IMG/VR virus record: IMGVR_UViG_3300007513_000010
DNA from: a virus
Direction: 5' to 3' (one strand)
Length of the DNA: 64,000 nucleotides
The position numbers and the translations under genes are program-made. Below, in pieces: positions 61,755 through 64,000 of the stretch (position 1 is its first letter; every line of letters begins with the position of its first letter). Under the pieces are notes generated by a model. That model was given only the letters and a program-made list of their open reading frames with translations, was not told the DNA's origin and ran no database searches.

Positions 61755-64000
61755 ATGGCTAATATTTATGAATTATTAAAAAAAGAGAAGGAGAAGGCAG
61801 AAATAATAAAAAACTCTCCAACAACTCTAGGCGCATCTGAAGGTGCTTTAACAGTTGGTAAGAATGTGGAGAATCTTTTGTTGCCGCCTTCGTCAGGGCC
61901 TTTTTGTGAAGGGTATCCACCACGCCCAGCACCCCCAGATGGTAGTAATATACGCAAGAAACATAAATCTGAAGATGCTAGTCACGGACTAAGTATATAT
62001 AGTGATCCAAATCAGCCAGATCTCTCTGTCCAGCGTCAACATCTTCCTGTATATTTGTATCCTTTGGAGACGATTGATTCCCCCCAGACTTCAAGCACGA
62101 GAAACAAGCTACTAATTAATGAAGGTCTTTTCTGCCCACTTCCAGACGAAAACAACATAAAGGAGTTTGTCAGTTCTCTCGATGGCGACGTTGTCCGCCG
62201 CAGAGACCCACTAGCAATAGTTCAACACTTGGGAAGACTAAGAAATGATATGGAAGAAGATTCGGCACCCCTTCGTGCTGACATTTTTCGTATTTGCTGC
62301 GGCCGTCACTGGACCTATCGCAATCCAGGGCCAAGTAGAGAGGGTCACGAGCTGTTGTTTTCTGAGTATATTTTATCGCAGCCGACATTAGAGCATGAAA
62401 TTAACTTTGTTGTAAGTTTTTTAGATGCTACTTTTCAAGGCTATGACGCACCGAATCAGCAATACAGCGAAAGGCTTCTTATAAATTTAAATGGGTTTGA
62501 GGGTGTTCTTGGTGATCCGTCCGCATTCAAGCCAGCAAGAATCGCCAATCTTGCGACAATCGACATTTCCGATAAACTTAGAAAGATGGTGCCAGAACAC
62601 AAGCTATATGCTCTATATTTTTATGGTAAAAAGCCAGTAAGTAATTTTTCGGTACCTTCCTCAGAGTTTACTGGCCCTCTAGCAGAAATACCAGGCGGAG
62701 TCCCGGTAAAACCCTTTGTTGATAAGTTGGGGCTTTTTCCTGTTCTTGGTCTGAGTAATATTTATTATGATTTTGTTCATAGTACGGAAATACCATTTTA
62801 TCAGAACGAGGCTAGTTTGCTTGGGTACAATCAGTTTTCCACAATTGATATAAGGGTGGTGACAAATTCGACCTTTTATAAGAGAGAATCTCATTGGGCC
62901 ACATACAAGAATATTTATCGCACCCACGAACAGCTGAGAAAATCTGAAAACTCTAAACTGGAATTTAGAAACAAAGAACCGTGTAACGTGGAGGACAATA
63001 TATTACTTTTCCCATCAGCGCAGGTAGAGAGTTTTGAAGAGGTGGCGAAAAAGACATCAATGTATTTTCCACAACACGTTGAGTTTGACATACACACCCA
63101 ACAGGGTTCCGCATTTGCTGCCATGGCTTCGCTAACAAGAATGGATAAATACTTTCTTGATCTCATAGCAAACCCAAGAGGGATATACGACAAACACAGA
63201 ATAAGAGAACCATATCGCGAAACCATGGACGAAGAAACTCAGAATTCAGAGAAGGCAAGCCTGAATGATAGATTTATTTCAGACCCTAAGATGCTGGACA
63301 CTTATGATATAATATCCTTTATATCAGAAATGGATAAAGACGTGATTGAGCAGGTATATGAAAGAAAAGATATGTTTCCTATGGGCCTTAATCCTCCTCG
63401 AAGAAGTGAGTTCTCTTTAGGAGAAGAAGAGGAAGAGAACGCAACGTTGGATGGTTTTTGGGATCTTATTAATAAGAATGTTTTCGTTTCAAAATTATAT
63501 AAGTTTATAACGCCAGAAAAGATTAGGAGATTTAAAGACATCTGGAATGGAGAGTTAGCTTATTCTGAGACTGTGGCTTATAAGGTTTGTAAGTATGATT
63601 TTCATGAAGATGGTCTCCCAAACTCAACACCTTTGCAGGAGTTTGTTTTTTTTGATAATGAGAATATAACTAATTTTAAGTTTATAGACAACCAGGTTCT
63701 TTACGGCGAGAAATACCACTATAGAATATTTGCCTACAATATCGTGATAGGTTCGGAATATAAGTATGAAGGGTCGTATAATAAAAATCATGGCAAGTAT
63801 GAGATAGACGGATTCAGGGATAGAAGAACAAACGTCACAGTGACCACAAAACCAAAAATAGTATTAGTTCAAGTGCCTTATTTTGAGAAAACTTTAGAAA
63901 CTCGCGACAGGCCACCGATGTTTCCAGACGTTTCTTTTCTGCCTTACAAGGGGATAGATACCGAGGTAGGCATTGTTTTGACTACGAATTATGGAGAGTA
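61755..64000 (+). CDS. Large hypothetical protein, truncated by the window end (not in ORF track)
   Basis: ATG immediately follows the previous TAA; the frame MANIYELLKK... stays open to the window end and includes FIDNQVLYGEKYHYRIFAY. Confidence 0.75.
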   Translation, partial: MANIYELLKKEKEKAEIIKNSPTTLGASEGALTVGKNVENLLLPPSSGPFCEGYPPRPAPPDGSNIRKKHKSEDASHGLSIYSDPNQPDLSVQRQHLPVYLYPLETIDSPQTSSTRNKLLINEGLFCPLPDENNIKEFVSSLDGDVVRRRDPLAIVQHLGRLRNDMEEDSAPLRADIFRICCGRHWTYRNPGPSREGHELLFSEYILSQPTLEHEINFVVSFLDATFQGYDAPNQQYSERLLINLNGFEGVLGDPSAFKPARIANLATIDISDKLRKMVPEHKLYALYFYGKKPVSNFSVPSSEFTGPLAEIPGGVPVKPFVDKLGLFPVLGLSNIYYDFVHSTEIPFYQNEASLLGYNQFSTIDIRVVTNSTFYKRESHWATYKNIYRTHEQLRKSENSKLEFRNKEPCNVEDNILLFPSAQVESFEEVAKKTSMYFPQHVEFDIHTQQGSAFAAMASLTRMDKYFLDLIANPRGIYDKHRIREPYRETMDEETQNSEKASLNDRFISDPKMLDTYDIISFISEMDKDVIEQVYERKDMFPMGLNPPRRSEFSLGEEEEENATLDGFWDLINKNVFVSKLYKFITPEKIRRFKDIWNGELAYSETVAYKVCKYDFHEDGLPNSTPLQEFVFFDNENITNFKFIDNQVLYGEKYHYRIFAYNIVIGSEYKYEGSYNKNHGKYEIDGFRDRRTNVTVTTKPKIVLVQVPYFEKTLETRDRPPMFPDVSFLPYKGIDTEVGIVLTTNYGE

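Noticed and set aside
1-64000. Stop-codon reassignment
   Set aside because: Genes are intact and tightly packed in code 11, and TAG, TGA and TAA all end genes at sensible boundaries.
27345-64000. Bacterial eCIS/T6SS locus or NCLDV instead of a phage
   Set aside because: The gp55-like sigma, T4 gp6-type wedge, bacterial SD/sigma70 signals and absence of housekeeping synteny fit a large myovirus better. Capsid and terminase genes are not in the window, so this remains an inference.

Overview
This is a gene-dense, AT-rich, almost entirely plus-strand fragment that reads in the standard genetic code. It most likely comes from a large contractile-tailed (jumbo myovirus-like) bacteriophage. From left to right it contains: (1) an orphan tmRNA-type 3' end, then small genes sharing an N-terminal MKx(0-2)L[IL]ME[NGS]W[RK]x[YF]LxE leader, the first bracketed by a 73-bp direct repeat; (2) a sigma70-driven block with a minimal TilS, its cognate tRNA-Ile2(CAU) and ClpP, followed by a trypsin-like protease, PhoH, a HExxH protein and a PD-(D/E)XK nuclease; (3) a ~15 kb glycan locus with 8 glycosyltransferase-like genes, an O-methyltransferase, and heptose and GDP-fucose pathways; (4) a gp55-like late sigma factor; (5) a tail/baseplate module with a probable split spike, gp25 and gp6 wedge proteins and two ~3,900-aa proteins, running off the right edge. 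The most interesting signals are a candidate virion-glycosylation system (glycan locus plus [ST]-[GAS]-S motifs enriched in specific structural proteins), a 'promoter + capsid-targeting leader' cargo cassette at the tmRNA end, a ~130-aa plug-in domain inserted repeatedly into virion proteins, and a CTATTTA late-promoter motif that implies leaderless mRNAs. All calls come from reading motifs by eye; no searches were run.
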